Below are positions 26,840 through 37,239 of a stretch of 64,000 nt of DNA, one piece after another. The notes under the pieces are model-generated. The model was not told the DNA's origin and searched no databases. It saw only the letters and a program-made list of their open reading frames with translations. Positions within the stretch are counted from its first letter, which is position 1, and each line of letters opens with the position of its first letter. Position numbers and translations under genes: made by a program. Source of the DNA: Ginglymostoma cirratum (taxonomy: Eukaryota). The stretch is taken from positions 1,410,491-1,474,490 of the forward strand of contig JAHRHZ010000066.1 of assembly GCA_024137785.1 (NCBI GenBank), read 5' to 3'.

Positions 26840-27420
26840 ATAGACTCATGATATTATCACTAGACTATTAATCAACAAACCCAGGTAATGTTCTGGAGAT
26901 AACAAAATGTGAAAGTGGAGGAACACAGCAGGCCAGGCAGCATCAGAGGAGCAGGAACGCTGACGTTTCGGGTCGGGACCCTTCTTCAGACTCTCTTTTC
27001 TGAAGAAGGATCCTGACCCGAAACATCAGCTTTCCTGCTCCTCTAATGCTGCCTGGCCTGCTGTGTTCCTCCAGCTTAACACTGTGTTAACTGACTCCAG
27101 CATCTGCAGTTCTTGCTTTCTTAATGTCCTGGAGACCTGGGTTTGACTCTCACCATGGCAGATGGTGGAACTTGAATTCAATTTTTAAAAAGTCTAATGA
27201 TGACTATGAAACCATTGTCAATGACAGGAAAAAAATGCATCCAGTTGGCTAATGCCCTTTAGGGTGGGAAATCTGACGTCCTTACCTGATCTGGCCTACA
27301 TATGATTCCAGACCCACAGCAATATGATTGACTCACTTGCCCTGTGGCCAGTTAGGGATGGGCAATGAATACTGGCCTAGCCAGCGACACCCACATCCTG
27401 TGATGAGTTGAAAAAGCATT
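26840..27420 (+). mobile_element. tRNA-derived SINE split by a Penelope-type insertion
   Basis: Head atattatcactagactatt...taatgttctggaga continues after the insert as cctgggtttgactctcaccatggcagatgg; tail ggcctagccagcgacacccacatcc. Confidence 0.75.
26900..27121. mobile_element. Palindromic Penelope-type insertion with 14-bp TSD and two opposed hammerhead-like cores
   Basis: TAATGTTCTGGAGA 26886-26899 and TAATGTCCTGGAGA 27122-27135; ~85-bp inverted arms; CTGAAGA-A-stem-GAAAC on both strands. Confidence 0.8.
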
Positions 27421-29199
27421 CACCTCCCTGCTAGAGTTTGTCACAGACCATACCAGTACCTTCCTAGTGGATGGGACAACAAATGGTATTATAAATTTGG
27501 ATTTTCACAAAGCTTTTGGTGAGGTTTTACACTAACAATTAATGGGTAAAGTAAGGAGTGATGGATCATGGGGTAAACATGATTCCAGTTAGAGGGTGCA
27601 GAATTCTGCTCAGCCTTACATTAGCAGAGAACCTGTGTACAAATGTAAAGAGGTTACACTATTGCTGTAAGTGGAGTTGATCTCACCTAGAGCCCTGGAT
27701 GCAATTCCATTGATTTGATCAGTTCCATAAAAGCCACAAACCAACCCTGGAATATTCAGTAACAGCACAAGAATCATACGGACTGTGATCGCTCAAATTG
27801 AAATGTACAATACTGATGTATAACTTCTTAATAGCCTATATTTCCCATTGTGTTCCCCCTACCATCCACCCCCTCAATTTTGCTCTGCAGTAATTTCATG
27901 ATGGATGTGACAAGGAGAGAAATAGAGCAGAGATTGATAACACCAATTCCCAGCCACTTTATTCCTGCTAGATGCATATTAACAAGGAAGTAATGATATG
28001 ATGCCATCCTATTTCTCATTTTCATGAGTTTTCATCACAGCACATTTTTTTTGGAATGCTGAAGGGAAATTTGGTTTGCAGAGACAAGCCTGCCTGGTTA
28101 TTGCTGCAGGTGAAACATATTTTACTTTTGCATTTGCTGCCTATTTTTCCATTTTTGATTAGTTGGCATTTTCCTTCACTTCCCTCTTTACTTTTAAGAC
28201 AACAAAGAGTGGGTTTTTCCCTCAGGGTTTCCACTGTATCTTTGCTTCTTGCAACAGGAAGAGGAACAGTTTCAGGGTTCTATGGGAATATGGTATCCAG
28301 ATGCCAACACCCACCCATCAGAGCACCCTTGGGGAATCAGTCCTACCTGTTTTTAAGTGACAAGAAATGCCTGAGGAAGGTTAATTTTTTGTCAGCTGTC
28401 AGAACTGCCATGCTTCAAACCAGTCTGCAGCCCACTTCTACCTCATCCACCAGTGTCTGTTATCACCAGCTCCCTTCATGTCTGTAATAATGTGATTTCA
28501 TACTTGCCGCTGTGCACATCTGTGACAGCCAAACATTGTGCACAGATGTGTATCAAGCAATGCACAGCTTGTTATTCTTTGGAACTAGTAATTTTGTCAT
28601 TCTGCCATTGACAACTGGTGCCAACATGATAGTACACTGGAATTCTATTGATTTTTCAAAGTCCAGTGATTGTTTCAACTCTAGGTTAATCATTGCTTCT
28701 CCTACATGCTGTTCGAGTGTTGGTAACTGTGTCGGAAAGGGTTTGAGGTGGTCCTAGTCTGAAAACAGCCATGTCCTGATATGTACTATGTGTAGACAGC
28801 CTGACCCTACATTGTTCTACGCCACAGACATAGCTGAGGGGAGAGCACTCATATTGCATTCTCTGGTTGTTCCTCGTACCAAGCACTGATCTGAGGGAAA
28901 GGAGAGGGAAGGGTTATATGGAAAGCAGTGAAGCACTGAATAATATTTGGCTGCAACTGAGTGGCAAATCCATCCACACAATAACAGACAGCTTTGTCCA
29001 ACCTAGGGGTTAAAGACTTCTATGTTAGTCTGAATCTCCATGGAAGAAGCAATGGCTTCTTTAAGAATGCTGTAGGATGATTTCTATGAGAGATGTTTCC
29101 GAAATTGTTGCATGTGGACTAAAGTGCTTGGCACTGTTATATGGTCCTGTTCCAAGGGTCCCCATTATTCATAGTACTGACAGATGAACTAACAAAGAG

Positions 29200-29540
29200 G
29201 TGACAGTGACGTATTGCTAATGTCACTACACTAGTATCCGGAGACCCAGGCTAATGCTGTGGGGACGTGGGTTCAAATGTCACCCTGGCACTTAATGGAG
29301 GTTGAAAGCTGGTCTCATTATTGGTGACCATGACCATGATTATTAGTTCAGGAAAGGAAGTCTGCCACCCTTAATTGGTCTGGCCTACATGTGGCTCTAC
29401 ACCTGCAGCAATGTGGTTGACTCTTAATTAATTACATTCAGAAATGGTCATGGTCTAGTAAGCCACGCAATTCAAGGGCAGTTGGGGATGGGCAGCGAAT
29501 GCCGACTACCCAGTGATGACCACATTGCATGAAAGACCAC
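29200..29540 (+). mobile_element. tRNA-derived SINE, decayed
   Basis: aatgtcactacactagtatccggagacccaggctaatgct...gggttcaaat; ggaaaggaagtctgccaccctta...ggtctggcctacatgtg. Confidence 0.7.
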
Positions 29541-29999
29541 TTAAGGGACTCAGCTCACTGCAGTTGGGACTAATCCAACTGCAGATTGGCCGCCCACTGT
29601 GTCGGTGTGTACAGTAACTGAAACCGTGCAGGCAGCGTAGGCTGGACATTCTGAAGGACAGGCCTGTTGAGAAACATGCCCCTACCCATATTGCTGATCC
29701 ACCCCCACCCAATCTGACCACAAACCCCACGTGGTGAAATGCCCCATCCCCACATTCCTTACTTGGGATTCTTCACCAGATAACACCCCTGAGACCTCAA
29801 CATCATTCCACCCATAGAGTGGGAAATATTGAGGGCTCTATTACACATTGGGTATGTATTACTCCATAGCATTTGAGAGACAGCAAGTGCTTGGCTTGGA
29901 CTCTGTCACGTTCTGAATGTTTTGTTTTCTGCTGCAGTTTTCTTGTGCTGTATTCTTGCATGCTGAGCTTCATCTGGTTGTTTTCTTCCCTTCCCACAG

Positions 30000-30077
30000 A
30001 AAAAGATCTTTATAGGAATTTGCATTGCAATAGTACTGTTGGTTATCATCATTGTTCTGGCTGTGTATCTCAGTTAA
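30000..30077 (+). CDS. STX1A: Alternative last coding exon 10A: second transmembrane anchor of syntaxin-1A
   Basis: Strong acceptor ttttcttcccttcccacAG; phase 0; KKIFIGICIAIVLLVIIIVLAVYLS* = KK plus 23 uncharged, mostly hydrophobic residues, as expected for a tail anchor after ...RR. Confidence 0.88.
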   Translation, partial: KKIFIGICIAIVLLVIIIVLAVYLS

Positions 30078-30489
30078 TGCTCCAAATCAACAGAATCATC
30101 CTGATTGAAACTAAAGCTGGGCTTTTGTTCCACCATCATCATGCAGCACTCTTGTGGAACAGAGAGACGGCAAGACATCATTACTGGGCATTTCCATTTT
30201 GTTTTGTCAAACATCTATCACGAGGTGATGTTCGTAGCCACCGAGATCATTACTCAGATTTCAGTTCCACCCTCCAGTCCGGACTTTTTCTTTTGGCATC
30301 ACTGTAAGCTGAAGAACAACATCAGGACTCGTGCTGCTGTTTCTCCTCTATTGTTTATTGGTTATTCTTCTTTGAGAAACATTATAAGAATGAACGTCGC
30401 CTTAACAGGCCATGGTTTCATCAACTTACTGATCGACTTTGAATCCAGCTGACCTTCTGCTGTAATCAGGTTTTTTATCATTTCTAATC

Positions 30490-30620
30490 AATCTCTTCCT
30501 TTGCTTCTCTCTTCTCTCCTCCTTTCTCCCCTTCTGTTTTCCTCATCCTTCCTCTCTTTTTTCTCTTCCCTTCTGTCTCTCTCTTTTTCTCTCCCCCCAT
30601 CTCTCTCCATTCCCTCTTAG
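30490..30620 (+). repeat. ~130-nt CT-rich polypyrimidine tract ending in TAG
   Basis: Nearly all C/T; no AG between 30470 and 30618. Confidence 0.85.
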
Positions 30621-30949
30621 ATTTATCCCCTAAGTGTGTAAAATCCACACAATTCCAGTTAGAGATACTTACCCCAATGCAAAGATAAAATGCGCACTAA
30701 TACAGATCAATGTGATTAAGCTGTAAAGAAGCTCCACTGATGTGAATAATACAAACTGAGCTTCCATTCCTACTGTTATCCTCCTTCAAACAGAAACAAA
30801 GCAAGGTTAAAAAATGCGACAGGGGAAGAACAGGGAAACGCAGTTAGAACAGATACCTCCACATGAAGGCTTACAAACACATTGGGACATCTGCTCTCCC
30901 CTTTTTTAATATTTTACATTCCTAGAAAGACAAAAGGGTAAACCTGTAA

Positions 30950-32190
30950 CTAGAGTCATAGAGGTCTACAGCATGGAAACAGGTCCTTTGACCCAATTTG
31001 CCCATGCTGTCCAGTTTTCACAGTTAAAGTAGTCCCATTTGCCTGAGTTTGGTCCATACCCTCCATACCAATCCCATCCATGAACCTGTCTAAATCTTTC
31101 TTAAATGACAAAAATGTACTCGTTTCCACCATTATCTCTGGCAGCCTGTTCAAGACATTCGCCACCTTCTGTGTGGAAAAAATTTCCACCTTTTGGACCT
31201 TTTTGTATCTCTCCCCTCTCACTTTAAATCTATTCCCTCTAGTTTTAGACTCCCCTACCATGGAGAAAAGCTGTTGGCTATCCACCTTATCTGTGTCTCT
31301 TGTGATTTTATAGATTTCTATAAGGTCACCCCTCAATCTCTTATGCTCCAGGGAAAATGTCCCAGCCTATCCAACTTTTCCTTTTAACGCAACCCTTCCA
31401 GTCCATGTATAGAATCCCTACAGTGTGGAAGCAGGCCATTCAGCCTGTTGAGTACACACCAACCCTCTGAAGAGCAGCCCACTCAGCCCCACCCACTACC
31501 CTATTCCTGTAAACCTGCATTTACCATGGCCAATCTGCCTGACCTGCACATCTTGGATTGAGGGAGGAAACTGAAGCAACTAGAGGAAACCCACGCAAAC
31601 ACAAGGAGAACATGCAAACTCCACACGGACAGTTGCCCAAGGCTGGAATTGAACCCAGGTCCCTGGTGCTGTGAGGCAGCAGGACTAACCACTGTGCCCC
31701 CCATTGACATCCTAGTAAATCTTGTCTGCACTCTTTCTAGTTGAATATCCTTTCTATAGTACAGTGATCAGAACTGCATGCAGTAGTCCAAGTGTGGCCT
31801 CACCAACATCTTGTACAGCTGCAACAGGATGTCCCAATTCCTATACTCAGTACTCTGACTGATGAAAACAAGCATGCCGAAAGCCTTTTTCACTAGCATG
31901 TCTACCTTTCACTCCACTTTCAAGGAGATATGAATGTTTACCCTTAGATCTCTTTGCTCCAAAACACTCCCCTGGGCCCTGACATTGACTGTGTAACGCC
32001 TACCCTGGTTTGACCCACCAAAATACAACGTCTTACATTTATCTGAATTAAGCTCCATCTGCCATTCCCTAGCCCACTTGGCCCAGTTGATCAAGATCTT
32101 GCTGCATTCTCAGATAACTTTCCTCACTGTCCACTATACCACCAATCTTGGTTTCATCCATTAACTCACTAACCATACCTCCTACATTCT
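30950..32190 (-). mobile_element. 5'-truncated CR1 LINE interrupted by an HE1-like SINE
   Basis: Minus-strand fragments DETKIGGIVDSEE, WQMELNSDKC..LYFG, RGDLIEIYKI, TRGNRFKV. Confidence 0.9.
31408..31702 (-). mobile_element. HE1-like tRNA-derived SINE
   Basis: Minus strand ggcacagtggttagtcctgctgcctcacagcaccagggacctgggttcaattcc...gtgtggagtttgcatgttctcc; same family as 54133-54448. Confidence 0.85.
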
Positions 32191-33819
32191 CAGAACAAAA
32201 TAATTCAGAATGAAAAATATGTTTAACGACAAGAATCAATACAAATACACAATAGGAGAATGTACAGGAAAAGTGCAACAGATACGGATCCAGATACACA
32301 TGACTATGCAAACAGGGTTACATAGGTAGAATTTATGGAACATAAGACTGTTTAGTTAACTGCACCTGCATTTAAAAAAAGTTCTCCTGACCTTTTGCAA
32401 TAATTTTTAAAGTTATGAGCCCATGTTATAAGTCTAACTACCAGTGAATTTACATGTTCCTTACTTACCAAATCAAACCTCCTTCCACCTCTTCCTAATT
32501 TTCAACGCAGTAACTAAAAATTGCTCACTTTCTTCAGTTTCTCCTCAAAACTGAAATATCTTGATGCTAGAATAATCTCTTTTGCCCTTGAAATGTTCCT
32601 AAAATTTGGCATGCAACAGCAGAAAGCATTTTGTGGTTAGCACAAAGGGGTGGCACTCACTCATGATTTTGAAGAAAGTTGCCTAAAATAAGTTAGTGGG
32701 TTCTGCAGTGTCAATTTCCCCTAATCTGATGCAGCTTTCAACTTGACATCAATAGAGACTTTGTTGTTTCCTCAGTCCTTGAAGTCACCAAAGAGGCTGA
32801 AAAGCCATCTAGGTTGAAGAATTCAGACTGACAACAAGATGAGGAAATTAAAAGTCACAAATTATAATTCAGCTTTCATTGACAACAAAATAAAGATAGG
32901 AACATTCACGTGCAATTAAAGTAAAATCTGAAATATCAACATTAATAAAAAGAAAATAAATTATTTTAAAAATCTATGGGTTTTTTTTTAAATAAAGGAA
33001 ATGGAACTTATGAAATTAGCTTTTCACTGCCAAAGAGCTTGTTCAGGACTAATTATGATTTAAAGTGCCAATTAAAATCTTAGTTTACACCTCATTCGAC
33101 ATTGTCAATTTCAATGAGTTTACAATTGAAACAGTTCATTGGAAGTTGAAGTTTACACCAGCACACTGATTTTGTGTTGAATGCATTTGTGATGACTGCA
33201 ACAGCACACCCTGTGCAGCTTTTAATGTTTAACTGTGTGTCTGTAGCCCACCAAAAATTGCTGTCAGTTTTAAACATTGACTACCACTGCTGGTAGTTTT
33301 ATCATCATTGCAACCTCAAACGCTTCCTCGGTACTGCTCAATTTCCATCATTATAACTCTGGGCTTGGCTATAGGGTGTAATATCAAAATTACCAAGGCA
33401 GCTAAGTGATTTCAGTTGGATGTAGACAGGATAATAGATTGGGCAGATAGATATCAGCTAAAGTTAATGTGGATAAATGTTAAGTGATTCAGTTTTTGAA
33501 GGAAGAATAGAGGACAGAAGGTCTCTAAATTGAGTAGAGGAATGGATGGAATTCACACGCAAAAATCTTTAAAATGGAAAGGAACAATTGACAAGACTGT
33601 AAAAGAAAAATTTTCTTAATTTGGTACAAGAATAAAAGAGGTAATGCTAAATTGATGCAATTCATTAGCCAGGTAGCAGATGGAACAATAGTTAAAGTGA
33701 AGTCTAGGAGATACAGTTTCTTTCACCAATTCTACCTTACCTATAGATGTTGGGTACAGTCTCATTAGCTGCAGGCACCCTCTAATACCCTATCTGATTT
33801 GACAATTTGCATGAGTACT

Positions 33820-34230
33820 TCACAAGAAAATAGAAGCGGGGGAGAAGGCCATTCAGCCTTTCAAGCCTGCCCCACTATTCAATAAGATGATGGCTGATCT
33901 GCACCAGGCTTCAACTCATCTTTCGTGCCAACTCCTCGTTGCTCTCAACTCCTTGATATTTCAGAAATGCATCTACATCCTCTTTAAATGCTTGCAATGA
34001 TCTAGCCTCCACGACTCTCTGGGGTAGACAATGTCAGATATTCACTACCCTCTGAAAGAAAAAATTTCTTCACAACCCACTTTTAAATGTGTCCATTACT
34101 CTGTAATATGTCTCTTAGTTCAAAATGCCCCAACTACAGGAAACATCTTTACATTTACCGTACCAACCCCGCTCAGGGTCTTGTATATTTCAAAAAGATC
34201 ATCCTTATTCTTCTCTAACAAATGAAGGTC
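33820..34230 (-). mobile_element. CR1 3' fragment
   Basis: ggccattcagcc..tcaataagatgatggctgatct...ttcactaccctctgaaagaaaaaatttct (reverse-oriented CR1 end). Confidence 0.75.
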
Positions 34231-35019
34231 TAACTTGTTTACAAAATCTATACTGACTCTGTTTAGCTGTGATCAGCTTTTCTAACTGTGCTACTGTTTG
34301 TTCCTTAATAATGGACTCCAACAAGTTTTCCAGTGACAGGTATGAAAATCTTGGTAGTCACCCCCTCCAAATCCAGCACCCTGAGGGGAATTATAGAGCC
34401 CCCTACCGTAATGCTGACCTATATGACCTAACACTATCCTGAGTAATGCATTTACTGACCCATAATCAACCAAACGAAGAGTTACTTTTGCACAGCAAAA
34501 TATGGCTATAATGGGTAAGGCCTGTAAATTTTATTCATCCTGTGCCATAACAGCGGGGATTGGAATAATTGTTCTGTTTTGCAATTGGATATATACAGCA
34601 TTGTTACAGAATTAGCATACACTGAATTACTTTAATGAGGCTGTTAACATGGTATTGTATTAAGGGGTAAGAGTAAACTCATTTTAGTAACAAAAACAAT
34701 ACTATTACTCTTAAAATCATTGCTACAGGAACAAGGAACCCTTTAAGTGTTGGAACCCCTTTTCCCATCTCCACAATTAACAGAGGTGTCACTGACCACA
34801 TTGAGCCATTGGGATGAATTTTTATTCCAAAATGGACAGAATGGCCCTGGTAACATTGCCTCTCCCCATACAGCTTTCTGCCACCCACTTTCTATTCCCA
34901 ATTCCAGATAAAAAAAGAAGTGGGCAGCATTTCCTTTCCATGGTAAACTCAGTGAGATGCGGGAGTTGGGAGAAGTCTTTGGTCAGGTCAGAAGGTAAAC
35001 AAGGTGAATTAATATATAC

Positions 35020-35520
35020 ATATATAGGGTAGTTGGGCAGATACCGTGATGTCAGGCAGATAGGGTGTTGTTGGGCCTTTTCAGGTGATCTAGGGTAGTC
35101 CTTGGTCAGACCGAGGACCAGTTGGATTGCACTGGGGAGTTTTATTGGGTCTGGTCAGGTGAGATGTTGGGTGTTTGGGTAGGGATAATGCTGCTTGGGG
35201 CTAGTTGATGGTCAGTGAGGGGCAGTTAGGTGAGGTCAAGGGAGGGCTAATCAGGAGGTATAGGGTGGTCTGTAGGTAGCTGGTGGGTTGTCATGGTGAG
35301 TAATTGAGTACGGCTGGGGAAATAATCGAGTGGTGGGAGTGTAGACAGATATGGGATACGTGGGAAGAATATTTTGGTGTTAGGGAGGGTAGTTAATTGG
35401 CCCGGGTGTAAATCAGATTAGCTTGAAGGCTAGTTGGATCAGGTCAGGATATTGCAAGTGGTCCAGGGATAATCAGGATGTGATTTGAGAGATCAAATGT
35501 GGGGCTAATTTGAGCTACTT
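35020..35520. repeat. G/T-rich low-complexity or decayed tandem repeat
   Basis: Recurrent ggtcagg / gggtagttgg words and strong strand skew; a mirror-image C/A-rich tract lies at ~41750-42290. Confidence 0.55.
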
Positions 35521-37158
35521 TGGCTAGCTAGTGAATTAGGTAAGGTATTAAACCAACTAACATTTCTTGGTTAAAAATCCAGACAAGTTTCTTGTGTCTG
35601 GCCTTGTATTTCCACCTTGAACTCAGAGTTGGAGACATTTGTGGGTGTCCCAAGTAGCAGATGTCGGCCCATTGGAAGTTTAAACTTGCTAGGCACCTTC
35701 CCCATGTCTGTGTGTCAGGACCTCCACAAGGTCGTACATCTCCCTCTGTACGTCCCATCTCCAATTATCTAGAGACTGGACAATTTATGTCGTTGAGTTC
35801 CATTGCTGTGGAATGTGTAGAATAGTCTGCCAATGCAATACCAGTCATTGTGCACCTATGCCCGAGATGAATCTCTAGATCAGTGTTCCACTTGACTGCA
35901 AATCCACAGCTCTGCCCATTACGTGTGGCTAATGTGATCATTCTGCAGATGAATTATCCCTTCTTTATCTTATTCTGTTTTTTTTGCATCTCCATTACAG
36001 CTGTCACTTTATCTTCATCCATTTATGAAGAACTGGCTCAGTGTTTTTCCTTGATTGTATATTTTATGGCTGCTTCGCTATTGTTTGATAAAATATAACA
36101 TTTCAAAAACATTTTTCATGGAACTTGTTTACAGCACGTGCAGGTGGTGAACAGTCACACACTCTGTGGGAAACAGTTGAATATTTCTTATAGACCAGTA
36201 CTAAACTCCACAGCAACAATTCTATAGGCATCGAGGCTAAAGGGAAATCAGGTTTGAAAGGTGGGCCACAATTTTAGGGGAAATGTGGGCAAACTGAATA
36301 TTGTTTTTCATGATACCGTGTAGTGCCTGATGATGAAGATCGTATTGAAGGAGAACAACACACACTCACACCACATAATGCACACTCAGCAAATAGAACA
36401 TGTACAGCACATACCTCTTGAGTAGTATTATGGTAAGATACTAATGATGCAAAATTGAGCTCAGTTAAGCCATGAATGCCAGCGTCCTAATTTTCAAACT
36501 AACTTCAAGTTTTCCAAATCTATAAAATATTCAGGCCTAGCCAGTATATCAGTCAGCAACCAGTTAATAAAAGTCAAAGCTTTACAAAAACAATGCATTG
36601 AGTTCTAAACTGAAAAGGTACAAACTGGACAAACTCTTTACTTTGCCCTTTATTTCATGTAAGTGTTAATATGAAGAGTTTGTAAAGAGTGGGATTTTCA
36701 TGTCAGATGTTCATTAAGGTGAGACATTCTAGTATAGGGTGCAGAAGGGGGAAGGGTCTTTGAAGTGAGTCAGTTTCTACTGGAAGCAGTTGGGTAATCT
36801 ACAATGTATATGGCATTTGGAATATGATGGTTTGACGTTTGTAGTGGGTTGGTAATATGACGCTTTTAATGAGAGGCTGTGCAGTAGGGGTGGTTCATAA
36901 CAGAGGGGTACTTATGTTGTGAGATAAATTTGTAACATTGGAAGGTTGTTAATATTGGAGGTGTTTGTAATGTGTTTGAAAGGGTTGGTACATTTCATAA
37001 AGCCAGTTTATTAATGTAAAGGGAAGATTTTAATCTCTGTTGGAATTGTTCATCTTCCATTCTGTAAAGATCCTGTTCATTAATTGTAAAATAAAATCAC
37101 CAGAACTAACTATTTCTCCTCTTCTTCCTGTCATGCTGCTTGGATGTGGGGCCTGCAG

Positions 37159-37239
37159 AAGAAGATTATGATCATTATATGCTGTGTGGTGCTGGGGGTC
37201 GTCATCGCCTCCACAGTTGGGGGAATATTTGGATTTTGA
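37159..37239 (+). CDS. STX1A: Canonical last coding exon 10B of syntaxin-1A (transmembrane anchor)
   Basis: ACTAAC branch motif 37105-37110, pyrimidine tract, ctgcAG; KKIMIIICCVVLGVVIASTVGGIFGF*; IASTVGGIF fits STX1A. Confidence 0.97.
   Translation, partial: KKIMIIICCVVLGVVIASTVGGIFGF

Noticed and set aside
28396-28610. Acceptor-like ttttttgtcAG followed by an open Cys-rich frame
   Set aside because: No syntaxin-tail features or homology; compatible with chance
10628-37239. Calling the gene STX1B, STX2 or STX3
   Set aside because: Constitutive exons ([28 protein letters not shown]) and the IASTVGGIF tail fit STX1A; only isolated residues are STX1B-like. Phylogeny or synteny would be the final test.
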